In this document: positions 46,642-55,222 of the stretch, in pieces
How positions within the stretch are numbered: position 1 is the first letter of the stretch
How the letters are laid out: each line of letters starts with the position of its first letter
Source of the DNA: an uncultured Verrucomicrobiae bacterium
GTDB lineage: Bacteria > Verrucomicrobiota > Verrucomicrobiia > Chthoniobacterales > JAFAMB01
Length of the DNA stretch: 64,000 nucleotides
Direction of reading: 5' to 3'
Assembly: GCA_963762565.1 (NCBI GenBank)
Contig: CAVXLD010000001.1
Span: forward strand, 1,158,286 to 1,222,285
Translations under genes and position numbers: made by a program
Notes under the pieces: generated by a model
What the model was told of the DNA's origin: nothing
Database searches by the model: none
Seen by the model: the letters and a program-made list of their open reading frames with translations, nothing else

Positions 46642-47736
46642 CTACCTGGCTCCGGATGACTCGCGTATCACCAGTTTGCTGTCTAACAAAATGTCGCGTA
46701 CGGGCATATCCGGCCTGGCAATCCGCTCCAGCATAGCACCAACCGCAGCCGTGCCGATCTCCCGGCAGGGTTGATGGACAGTGGTCAATGGTACCGGCAA
46801 GAGCTTGGCATATTCGACATCATCAATTCCCACAATTCGGACATCCGACGGGATGCGATAATTTAGATGCATCAAGGTATGCATTAGACGCCCAGCCGTC
46901 CGATCATTTGCGCCGACAACTCCGTCCGGCTCTAGCAGCTCCATTAAATGGCGAACCTCATCCTCGTCACCGGTCTCCAAGCTTTGAACCAGCGCTGGGT
47001 CGATCGGAGCACCAAACACAAACAGAGCTTCTCTATAGCCAGCAATCCGCGCTGCCACCGTCGAAGCGGAATTCGAATAGGCCAGAAAAGCGATTCGCCG
47101 GCAGCCCAACTTGAGCAGATGCTCGGTGATCATGTAGCCGGCCCGGCGGTGATCGATTCCAACTAGATCGTGCCTGCTCCGTTCCGGATAGGGCAAGAAA
47201 CAGCGATCAATCAATACGACCGGTATACGTGCCCGTTCGAGAGCAAAGATGATACGCTGATTGGTTTCGTCGCTCTCAGCGCCTCGCTCAAGTGGGGCAA
47301 AGAAAACGCCGCCCACTTTCTTGCGAATATATTGTTGGCAGAGATCCCAGGTTTGATTGGATTTGGTCGCAGGATCCGGCGTCAAATTGCCCCAGAGCAA
47401 AGCATGCTTAGACGCTTGCGGCGCCTCAGACATCCCCTGCCGGATCGGACCAAAGATTTCCGTGTCGGCAACGTTCGGAAACAATAATCCGAACAGCAAG
47501 CCAGCCTCATCCACCGGTCCACTTCCAACATAGGTGCCAGACCCCGGTCGCCGCTCAATCAGGCCGGCCTGTTGCAACTCCCGCAGGGCTCTACCGACTG
47601 TAATTCTGGAAGTCTCAAATCGTTTGATGAGAGCCGCTTCACTGGGAAGCTTTTGACCGGGTTGATACCGCCCCGAGACGATATCCGTTTTTATCGTCTC
47701 GAGCACCTGACGGTATTTGGGTATGCTGGCGCTCAC
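46642..47736 (-). CDS. GntR-family HTH regulator fused to a LacI/PBP1-type sugar-binding domain
   Basis: LPSEAALIKRFETSRITVGRALRELQQAGLIERRPGSGTYV plus a periplasmic-binding-fold C-terminus. Confidence 0.8.
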   Translation of the reverse strand: MSASIPKYRQVLETIKTDIVSGRYQPGQKLPSEAALIKRFETSRITVGRALRELQQAGLIERRPGSGTYVGSGPVDEAGLLFGLLFPNVADTEIFGPIRQGMSEAPQASKHALLWGNLTPDPATKSNQTWDLCQQYIRKKVGGVFFAPLERGAESDETNQRIIFALERARIPVVLIDRCFLPYPERSRHDLVGIDHRRAGYMITEHLLKLGCRRIAFLAYSNSASTVAARIAGYREALFVFGAPIDPALVQSLETGDEDEVRHLMELLEPDGVVGANDRTAGRLMHTLMHLNYRIPSDVRIVGIDDVEYAKLLPVPLTTVHQPCREIGTAAVGAMLERIARPDMPVRDILLDSKLVIRESSGAR

Positions 47737-47800
47737 ATTTTATATACGTAATATCGAAACCTGATATTACAACTTAAGATGTTGATAATGAGCAATTAAC

Positions 47801-47818
47801 ATTGGGTTTTAACCCAAT
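47801..47818. promoter_or_regulatory. Palindrome ATTGGGTT-TT-AACCCAAT in AT-rich leader of the GntR-type regulator
   Basis: Direct reading. Candidate operator only. Confidence 0.25.
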
Positions 47819-48587
47819 CCACACTGATTTAATCTAATGTGCCCTGGAATCACTTCCAGTACTGCTATATGTGATCCTTAGCTCCAATTGAGAGCAACAA
47901 GGTTCTTTAAACAAAATCGCAAGACTGTGGCTCAGAGGGCTCCTTTTGGCAGAATTTCTGGGCATTCCGGAAAGCGTTTCGTTATACGGACGCCCAATCC
48001 AGGATGCTGAGAAAAACTAAGAAAGGTCAAATATGGAAGGAATAGTATTCGCGTTTTTTGTTCTGAAGAATGGATATGAGCGGCCGGCCAGGAACATTCC
48101 TGAGCCTCAGTTTCAACCGTTCAATCTTGCGGCGCTTAGATTGCCGAAAGACACGGATGAGACAACCCGCGGTGCCAAGGCAAATCGGCAACCAGCGTTA
48201 GCAGTTTCAGCGGCGTGCTGAGCGCCTCTGTTGTTGAGTAACAATGATCGTCGGGGTTGCACTCAAGGTTAGTCTCCTGTCCGTCCGGGCAGGTTCGTCT
48301 AGTCCTAGTGCAATTCCGATTTGATCGGTCGTCCCGTAAGGACTGAACGATCGTAGCGGCTCGACTGAGCTCGCCGAAGTCCTGGCAATTTCTTGCCAGG
48401 GAAGTGTGTGAAAAGGCACCGTCCCAGCGGGACGGTATGAGATACGGTTAGCGATGTACTTAGATTTCGAGCTATGCCGATCCGCAGCTTCAGACCCGAT
48501 CCAGCGTCGGACTATGCCCAAATTAAAGACCTGTTCGCGGCGCGCGGGGACGCGCGCCCTCCCCCACCTCGTGCTCTGACTGTTCCG

Positions 48588-49895
48588 CTATCGCCCAGAG
48601 CGGAAACGTTCTTTAAGAGTCGGAAAGGTATTCATCAGGAGGAACACAGATTTCGCGAAAAGTTTCTGCAGACCTTCCGAATGGAGTCGTTCCATATTGT
48701 GTAGCGACAAGCGAACCGCGTGGAAGCCGTGTTCAATCATCTCTCGTTCGTAGGCGGCTAGCGCATCCAGAAGGAGAACCTCTCCCCTGGCAGCTTTGAC
48801 CAACGCACGCTTTAAGGCGGCCGCATCTCGCAAAGCCATGTTAGCGCCCATGCCGCGATATGGCGTCATATTGTGCAAGGCATCTCCTAGCAAGGTGACA
48901 TTTCTGGTCTGCCAGGGAGGAACAGGAACCGATGTTTTGATCGGAAACATACTAAGATCGGACGTTCTGTTAACGATCTCCCGAAGAGCAGGATCCCAAC
49001 CCTTCATCAGCGTTAGCGCCGCTCTCTTGAGGTCTTCAGGTATGGGAGCTTGTTGATTACCGGTCGAGCCGAATTTCTCCCGGCGAGCAGAAAAACCCCA
49101 CATCAGGTATTCCTCGCGGTTTGTAAATGGTGAACTCGTTTCGGCCGAATCTATCCTGTCTTGGAGGGTTGGGTCAGTGAGATTCGAGTCTCCGTATTCG
49201 ACGGCATTGGTGAAGAGAAAACAACCTTTTCGTCCCAGGACTAGAGTAGGTCCAAGGAATACTGCCGGTGGCGCCATCTTACGGACCGCGTCATTCAAGC
49301 CAAGTTTACCAGCCACTGACAGGAGCCCGGTCTCGACGCGTTGCGCGTGCGGGAGTAACTGTGTCCTAACCCGGGAGCTGGCTCCGTCGGCGCCTATTAA
49401 AACATCCCCGGTAGCGCTCGAACCATCTTCGAAGAGGACCTTCACGGCTCCTTCCGGCGTGTCTTCAAAGCTGACGAATTTCTTGCCAAACTGCACAACC
49501 CCATCGAGCCCTTCCAGCAGGACGCGACGGAGTGCGATACGGGTGATGGGCCGCTCACAGTCCGGGGAATATGGATCGGTCTCCAAGATCTTGATACCCA
49601 GCAGCAGCTTTAATCGTTCATCTAGAAACGAAACCGCCCGGCTCGGCTTCAGTGAGTTTTTGACCAGGGTCGCAAAAACCGAATCTGGCAAACAGTCTTT
49701 CAGCGCCCGGTTACCCGTCGGATTGATACTGAGACGGTAACCGCCCTGCCGATCGAAAGGGACCGGGTCACGCTCAAAGACCTGAACTGAAATTTTTTCC
49801 GATCTCAAACCTTGGGCGAGACAAAGGCCTCCGGTACCGGCTCCGATGACGAGGACTTTCAGCGGGTGCTTAGCTTCCTGAAGAGTCTGACTCAT
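48588..49895 (-). CDS. FAD-dependent aromatic-ring monooxygenase (PHBH/salicylate-hydroxylase class)
   Basis: LKVLVIGAGTGGLCLAQGL dinucleotide motif. GADGASSRVR. LLGDALHNMTPYRGMGANMALRDA. ATG at 49895. Confidence 0.8.
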   Translation of the reverse strand: MSQTLQEAKHPLKVLVIGAGTGGLCLAQGLRSEKISVQVFERDPVPFDRQGGYRLSINPTGNRALKDCLPDSVFATLVKNSLKPSRAVSFLDERLKLLLGIKILETDPYSPDCERPITRIALRRVLLEGLDGVVQFGKKFVSFEDTPEGAVKVLFEDGSSATGDVLIGADGASSRVRTQLLPHAQRVETGLLSVAGKLGLNDAVRKMAPPAVFLGPTLVLGRKGCFLFTNAVEYGDSNLTDPTLQDRIDSAETSSPFTNREEYLMWGFSARREKFGSTGNQQAPIPEDLKRAALTLMKGWDPALREIVNRTSDLSMFPIKTSVPVPPWQTRNVTLLGDALHNMTPYRGMGANMALRDAAALKRALVKAARGEVLLLDALAAYEREMIEHGFHAVRLSLHNMERLHSEGLQKLFAKSVFLLMNTFPTLKERFRSGR

Positions 49896-49897
49896 AA

Positions 49898-49955
49898 TTT
49901 CAACCATTTGGTTGAAAATTGATCCGCTCAACCAGTTTGTCAACCAACTGGTTGA
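49898..49955. promoter_or_regulatory. TetR-type operators: TTTCAACCATTTGGTTGAAA and TCAACCAG..TCAACCAACTGGTTGA
   Basis: Palindromes built on TCAACCA/TGGTTGA half-sites, between the divergent monooxygenase and TetR genes. Confidence 0.65.
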
Positions 49956-49993
49956 AATCCTACGCGGCCTGATCCAATATTGATCTTAATAAC

Positions 49994-50626
49994 GTGCCTC
50001 ACTCTAAACCGGACCCGGCCAAGACCGCAGGCAAAGCGCTAAAGTCTAAAGAATCAGCCAAAAGCAATGAAAGGCGTCGCGAGATCGTCCACGCCGCCTA
50101 TCAGACTCTGGCCGAAAAAGGATTTGAGGGACTTCGGATGCGGGAGATCGCTAAACGAGCCGGTATTGATCATTCAACATTGCACTACTATTTCTCGGGA
50201 AAGGAGTCGCTGATCGATGGAGTCGTTGACTACATCATTCAGGACCTGGCGATTGGGCGGCCGGATATGGAGAGGGAATTAAGTCCGCGCGAGCTGCTCG
50301 CAGGCCATTTTAATGCGCTCGTCCGCCAAATGGAACAAACACCAGAGATGTTTGTCGTGCTGGTGGAGCTACAAGCCCGAGCCCTGCGCGAACCCGCGCT
50401 GCGAGCGATTTTCGCAAAAAACGACCGTGGTTGGAAAGGCTTTCTACTAGAAATACTCCGAGCGGGGATTCAGAAAAAAGAGTTCCCCGCGACGCTACAG
50501 CCGGAGGTAACAGCCGACGTCATCATTGCCATGGTTAGAGGCCTAAGCACAACTTTTTCGGGCCGGCCCGAACTGATGAAACGTCCTCTTCAACAACTGC
50601 TCCGGTGGGTTGAAGGCAACGACTAA
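49994..50626 (+). CDS. TetR family transcriptional regulator
   Basis: RRREIVHAAYQTLAEKGFEGLRMREIAKRAGIDHSTLHYYF. Confidence 0.85.
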   Translation: MPHSKPDPAKTAGKALKSKESAKSNERRREIVHAAYQTLAEKGFEGLRMREIAKRAGIDHSTLHYYFSGKESLIDGVVDYIIQDLAIGRPDMERELSPRELLAGHFNALVRQMEQTPEMFVVLVELQARALREPALRAIFAKNDRGWKGFLLEILRAGIQKKEFPATLQPEVTADVIIAMVRGLSTTFSGRPELMKRPLQQLLRWVEGND

Positions 50627-50662
50627 GCAGGTGCGTTTCTAGTTTGGTGCGACAATGCAGAC

Positions 50663-51775
50663 CTATTCGCGGCGCGCGAGGACGCGCGCCCTCCCTGCTG
50701 ACGGATCCTTTACCAACACCATCTTTGCCAGAGGCATCGAGGTCCTCTCTGGCGCAGCGGCCAACCGCGCGGCCATGCGCTCCTCCAAACGCTCAATGAA
50801 CTGAGCTGCACGAGCAACACGGTTATCCAAGCCGGCAGCCAGGGTAGGTCCAACCGAGGCTCGGGAAAAAGCGGCCCAACGTGCGCCAAAAGCCCGGGCA
50901 TCACCATCCTCTTCGAATTCGCTCCACACATGGTCTTCGCCGTAGAAAATCTCGAGCTCTTCGACTGAGAGCCCTGCGAAACTTCCTGTCTCCGCAAAGG
51001 GCGCAATAAATTCCTTACGGCTTCGGCCATAAGTCGGGATCACCATGCGACGCATCTCCGATGCGTTGATAAATCTCTCTTCAACTAAGTCCGTTAGGCT
51101 ACCATAAATGGCTTCGACAGAGGCCCGGTAACCGAAATCACCTTGATCATCAACCGCCATGCTCAATAGCACGAGCCGGGCTCCAGGTCGCAATTCAGCG
51201 CCCCGATGGGCGAGAAAATTCCGCCAATCTTGCGCAGCCTGAACAGAAAAAACTGCTCTCGCCGCAGGATCGCGACTATACGCAACTTGTACTTGGTCAG
51301 GGATAGATGCTGGGGCTCGGCTGAGCCATTGTACCGCCCAGGAACTCCATCCTAAGGTCACACTCGACTCAGGCAAAATCTGCTCGTAAAACGATCTACC
51401 AACTGCATAGGGAAACACGGCAGTATTCTCCCACAGGTAACTGGCAGGATCCGAGGCTAGCATCTGGAACAGCGCGCCGAAATCGTTACCTGGTAGGTCG
51501 GTGTGTACCACCGAGATAGCCCGTTTCTTGCCGATGCGCTGGCGAAGGACTTCAATCGCCACGCGCAGAGGAACAAGAGAGTTGCGGCCCTCCGACGAGC
51601 CATAATCTGCAATCACGATCGGTTCGGGGACGGGTGGTAATAAAACTTCCTGCGCTGCTTTCTCAAGCAACGGTACCGCCGGCGATGAACCGGCAGCCTG
51701 CACTCGGGAGCTCCGATTGTAGGCTCCACGCCCCTCCATGGGCGACGGCCCGTTTAGTTCAGAGCATTCGGCCAT
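50663..51775 (-). CDS. SAM-dependent carboxyl methyltransferase, SABATH/Methyltransf_7-like
   Basis: MEGRGAYNRSSRVQ..., IADYGSSEGRNS, VVHTDLPGNDF and SSWAVQWLS match the SABATH motif order. The last 12 or so codons lie in a GC-rich repeat arm. Confidence 0.65.
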   Translation of the reverse strand: MAECSELNGPSPMEGRGAYNRSSRVQAAGSSPAVPLLEKAAQEVLLPPVPEPIVIADYGSSEGRNSLVPLRVAIEVLRQRIGKKRAISVVHTDLPGNDFGALFQMLASDPASYLWENTAVFPYAVGRSFYEQILPESSVTLGWSSWAVQWLSRAPASIPDQVQVAYSRDPAARAVFSVQAAQDWRNFLAHRGAELRPGARLVLLSMAVDDQGDFGYRASVEAIYGSLTDLVEERFINASEMRRMVIPTYGRSRKEFIAPFAETGSFAGLSVEELEIFYGEDHVWSEFEEDGDARAFGARWAAFSRASVGPTLAAGLDNRVARAAQFIERLEERMAARLAAAPERTSMPLAKMVLVKDPSAGRARVLARRE

Positions 51776-51793
51776 TTCGATTACCCAGTCTAG

Positions 51794-52738
51794 TTATAAG
51801 CCTGCGCGGCTAGGTTTGAGTAACATGACCACGAGAACACCTACAAGAATGAAAAGCGCCCCGATCAAATGGTAAGAGAGCAGGTGTTCGCCAAGAAGAA
51901 AATAAGCCAGGATCGCGACAAAGACAGTTTGTAGGTAGAGAAAAACACCGGCTCGGGAGGCGCCTAACGCTTGCACACTCAAATTGAACAAATAGTACAT
52001 CAGAGCGCCGCCGGGCCCAGCGGTGTAAATCAACGCCCAAAAACCTTTCGTGCTCAGAGCGGTTCGCTCGTCGTGCATTAGTTCCCAAGTGTAGAAAGGA
52101 GTGGCTGCTACCACTCCTGCTCCCAGGAGCACGACCAAGAGCGGCAAACCCGGCAGTTCATACTTCGCCTTCCGCAGCAATACGGTATACAGGGCAAAGG
52201 CCATCGCCGCGCCAACCACAAAGAGGTCTCCAACATTTAGATCGAGACGGAGCAATGCCCACAAATCTCCGCGGGTCACAATGATAGCCATCCCGACGAA
52301 AGCGATGATTGAACCAATAAACTGCCAGGTACCGACCGGCTCGTTCAATAGGAAGCGCGCCAGAACCATCGTCATCACCGGCATCAAAGCAATAATCAAT
52401 CCGGCATTAATCGCGGTAGTATAGTTCAGGCCCATATAAATGAGGCCTTGAGTGATTGATAAACCCAGGCCGCCGATTATCAGGAGTGAGAGCCATCTTT
52501 GTCGAATTAGGCCGATCATCGCAGACCAATGCCGATGAGTAACGGGAAGTAGGATGAGACAGGCAATAAAGACTCGCCAGAAACAGAGTGCCCAAGGGGG
52601 CATTTCGCTAATCACTGCCTTAGCAGCAATATAAACGCCGGCTGATAACAGCCAGCAAAGGACAGCTAGGCCAGCCGCAATATGTGTATTTGCGTTAGAA
52701 GCTACATCAACCGCGGTTTGTTTTGGTGCAGCCGGCAT
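51794..52738 (-). CDS. DMT superfamily (EamA-type) transporter
   Basis: Ten-TM pattern with two EamA halves. 18-bp gap to the methyltransferase gene. Start uncertain (52738-52852). Confidence 0.75.
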   Translation of the reverse strand: MPAAPKQTAVDVASNANTHIAAGLAVLCWLLSAGVYIAAKAVISEMPPWALCFWRVFIACLILLPVTHRHWSAMIGLIRQRWLSLLIIGGLGLSITQGLIYMGLNYTTAINAGLIIALMPVMTMVLARFLLNEPVGTWQFIGSIIAFVGMAIIVTRGDLWALLRLDLNVGDLFVVGAAMAFALYTVLLRKAKYELPGLPLLVVLLGAGVVAATPFYTWELMHDERTALSTKGFWALIYTAGPGGALMYYLFNLSVQALGASRAGVFLYLQTVFVAILAYFLLGEHLLSYHLIGALFILVGVLVVMLLKPSRAGL

Positions 52739-52902
52739 AGTGGGTCGAAAGGTTGTCGCTCTATCAGTAGGGGATTTCGACACCAGAGCATCGCGGACCA
52801 TTAAATGCCCTACCCACAGATGTATCCATATGCTCTGTGGATAAACAGCCAAAACGCAGTCTCCTTGAAAAACTTTCCGGCTTCAGTCACGTTGCGACAA
52901 CT

Positions 52903-53062
52903 GACAGAAGATCGCGAAGACTAAATAATGCACAAGAAGATCACAAAGGCCACAAAGACAGAAATTCTTCATAGAAGGTAACGAAGCAAACGAAGGCTAA
53001 GGCGACAGGCTCCAGGCCATTTGCTGACCTTTTCTTTCGATACCTTCGTGCCTTCTGTAAAA
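52903..53062. repeat. Word-hairpin (GACAGAAGATCGCGAAG..ATCACAAAGGCCACAAAGACAG..AACGAAGCAAACGAAGG / ..TACCTTCGTGCCTTCTGTAAAA)
   Basis: Direct reading. Confidence 0.7.
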
Positions 53063-53095
53063 ATTGGGGTCTTTTTTCACCCCCCACTGACCAAT

Positions 53096-54616
53096 ATGTT
53101 GAATTCGCTTTTAGAGGATGCCAGCACAAAGTTTCCCCTCAACGTTGCCCTAATTTTCGAAGATAAGAGCTATAAGTACGCGGAGCTCTGCTGCCTGACG
53201 GAAAGCTTGTCGGCGGCTCTTATCGAACAGGGAGTTCGACCCGGAGACCGGGTGGCATTCCTGCTGCCGAACTGCCTGGAGATCGTCCTTTGCTACTATG
53301 CTTGTTTCAAGATCGGCGCTGTCGCCGTGCCGCTTAACATTCGCTTCACAGCAGAGCTGCTTGAATATGCGATCAATCATAGTGGCGCCCGTGTTCTCAT
53401 CAGCGAACCAAACCTGTTTTCCCAAATCGAAAGAATCCGGTCGTCGCTGCGGGAAGTTAAACAATACTATCTGACATCACATGATTCGGAATTCGAGGGA
53501 GCCAGGCCTTTCGCCGACCTGCTGGCCACGACGTCTGATTTGAAACTCGAGACGTCTTCCGGGAACGGTCCGGCCGCTATCTACTACACTTCGGGCACGA
53601 CAGGAGTGCCAAAAGCAGTAATCCATTCTCATGCCAGCCTGACGCAAGCAACCCAATACCAAATCGATCAGATCGCTATCACCTCAGCAGACACCACGCT
53701 GATCCTGTTCCCGATCTGCTATCTGATCGGTTTTGGTTCTCAAATTCTGCCATTCCATCGGTGCGGAGCTACCTGTGTCTTGCTAGCTCAATTCGAACCT
53801 CGAGCTGCACTGGCCGCCATGGAAAGCCACAAGCCAACCAAAACCTACGGCTTCCCTAAGTTGTATCATGATTTGATCAACTGCCCGGATGCCGGCTCCT
53901 ATAACGTCAAGTCCCTCAATTTTTGTTTTTCTGCGGGTGAAGCGATCGCAGTCGCTATCCAGGAACGATTTAAGCACGTCTTCGGAGTCGAGATCACAGA
54001 GGGCTGCGGGATGACTGAGCTGCAGATTTACTGCATGAATCCTCCGTACGGCGACAAAAAGATTGGCTCAATCGGAAAACCAATCCGCGGTATGGAGCTT
54101 TCCCTGATTGATGATTCGGGTCACTCGATTTCCACCGCGCGTCGGGTAGGAGAAATGATCGTGCGAGGGGGGAGTATGACCTCCGGCTATTGGCGCGATA
54201 TCGAGCTAACTAACAAGAGCATTCGAGACGGATGGTTTCACACCGATGATCTTGCGTATCGGGATGAACAGGGCTTTTACTGGTTCGTCAGCCGCAAATC
54301 CGAAATTATTAGGAACGAGGCCGGGCTAATCTCTCCCATCGAAGTGGAAGGCGCCTTATACGCACATCCGGCCGTGCTCGAGGCCGGCGTTATCGGTGTA
54401 CCTGACCCATTCGAAGGTGAAGTCCCTCAAGCCTACGTTGTCGTCCGGCAGGAAAACCCTCCGGTGACGGAGTCACAACTAATCGATTTGGTGAGGAGTC
54501 GGCTCCCAGGCTACAAGGCGCCGACTCGGATCATTTTCACTGAGAGCTTACCTCACGGGCCTACAGGCAAAATCGATCGTAAAACTTTGCGAGCAAAGGC
54601 GCTAGCTTCCCATTAG
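53096..54616 (+). CDS. AMP-dependent acyl-CoA synthetase/ligase
   Basis: IYYTSGTTGVPKAV AMP-binding motif. GYWRD, WFHTDDLAY, PTGKIDRK. Confidence 0.85.
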   Translation: MLNSLLEDASTKFPLNVALIFEDKSYKYAELCCLTESLSAALIEQGVRPGDRVAFLLPNCLEIVLCYYACFKIGAVAVPLNIRFTAELLEYAINHSGARVLISEPNLFSQIERIRSSLREVKQYYLTSHDSEFEGARPFADLLATTSDLKLETSSGNGPAAIYYTSGTTGVPKAVIHSHASLTQATQYQIDQIAITSADTTLILFPICYLIGFGSQILPFHRCGATCVLLAQFEPRAALAAMESHKPTKTYGFPKLYHDLINCPDAGSYNVKSLNFCFSAGEAIAVAIQERFKHVFGVEITEGCGMTELQIYCMNPPYGDKKIGSIGKPIRGMELSLIDDSGHSISTARRVGEMIVRGGSMTSGYWRDIELTNKSIRDGWFHTDDLAYRDEQGFYWFVSRKSEIIRNEAGLISPIEVEGALYAHPAVLEAGVIGVPDPFEGEVPQAYVVVRQENPPVTESQLIDLVRSRLPGYKAPTRIIFTESLPHGPTGKIDRKTLRAKALASH

Positions 54617-54955
54617 CTTCTCTCGCCGCTCCGCCTGCATCGCTTCTAATTTTTTTGATTGCTCGGGAGTCAATACTTTGCCGGCCTGTTCTTTAAAATT
54701 CGTTTGAATAGCCTGGACCTTACGCAGTTTCTGCAACTTGCCCAGGGAGGAGTTGGCCATCAGCGCTTTAATCGCTTGGTCTCGTTGCGCTACTATCGGA
54801 GTCATCGCCTTCTGTTGTTGTTCGTTCAGCTGAAGCTTTTCCGTAAGCTCCTTCATTTGGATCCCTTCCATGGCTTGACCGATGGCAAGACTCGTGAAGC
54901 AGAAAACGGCTGCTACGAGCACGACTAGTTGGGGGAATAATTTGACTGATTTCAT
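54602..54955 (-). CDS. Periplasmic LTXXQ-motif (Spy/CpxP-like) protein
   Basis: Signal peptide, then LNEQQQKAM and LTPEQSKKL repeats. Confidence 0.55.
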   Translation of the reverse strand: MKSVKLFPQLVVLVAAVFCFTSLAIGQAMEGIQMKELTEKLQLNEQQQKAMTPIVAQRDQAIKALMANSSLGKLQKLRKVQAIQTNFKEQAGKVLTPEQSKKLEAMQAERREKLMGS

Positions 54956-55026
54956 TCGAATTAACTGGGGTTGTTGGTTTGTGGTTATTTGTTGGGGAGT
55001 AAAGTCGGATTCGGGAGGCATGCATC

Positions 55027-55160
55027 GGGGAGGGCGCGCGTCCCCGCGCGCCGCGACGACGTGACAGAACCAAAGATGTATATTTGTCCCTGATCACAGC
55101 ATGTCCTCGGCTCCGGTAACAATCCGGCGGCTGCCGGACGAGGACGCGATCCCTCCCGGG
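55027..55160. repeat. GC-rich MITE-like element
   Basis: GGGGAGGGCGCGCGTCCCCGCGCGCCGCGA...CCAAAGATGTATATTT...CGGTAACAATCCGGCGGCTGCCGGACGAGGACGCGATCCCTCCCGGG. Confidence 0.7.
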
Positions 55161-55222
55161 CGATGGGCGTTCAGACACCTCTATCCCAGGGAAAAAAAAC
55201 CGGGCTGTTTTCTTAAACCATT

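Noticed and set aside
48207-48521. 104-aa ORF and RNase P / tmRNA candidates in the 48.2-48.5 kb gap
   Set aside because: The ORF has no coding features. GAAGTCCTGGC only partly resembles the RNase P P4 GGAAAGTCCGGGC. The partner ACAGAA strand, tag ORF and T-arm/CCA end are absent. The region is kept only as an unassigned structured region.
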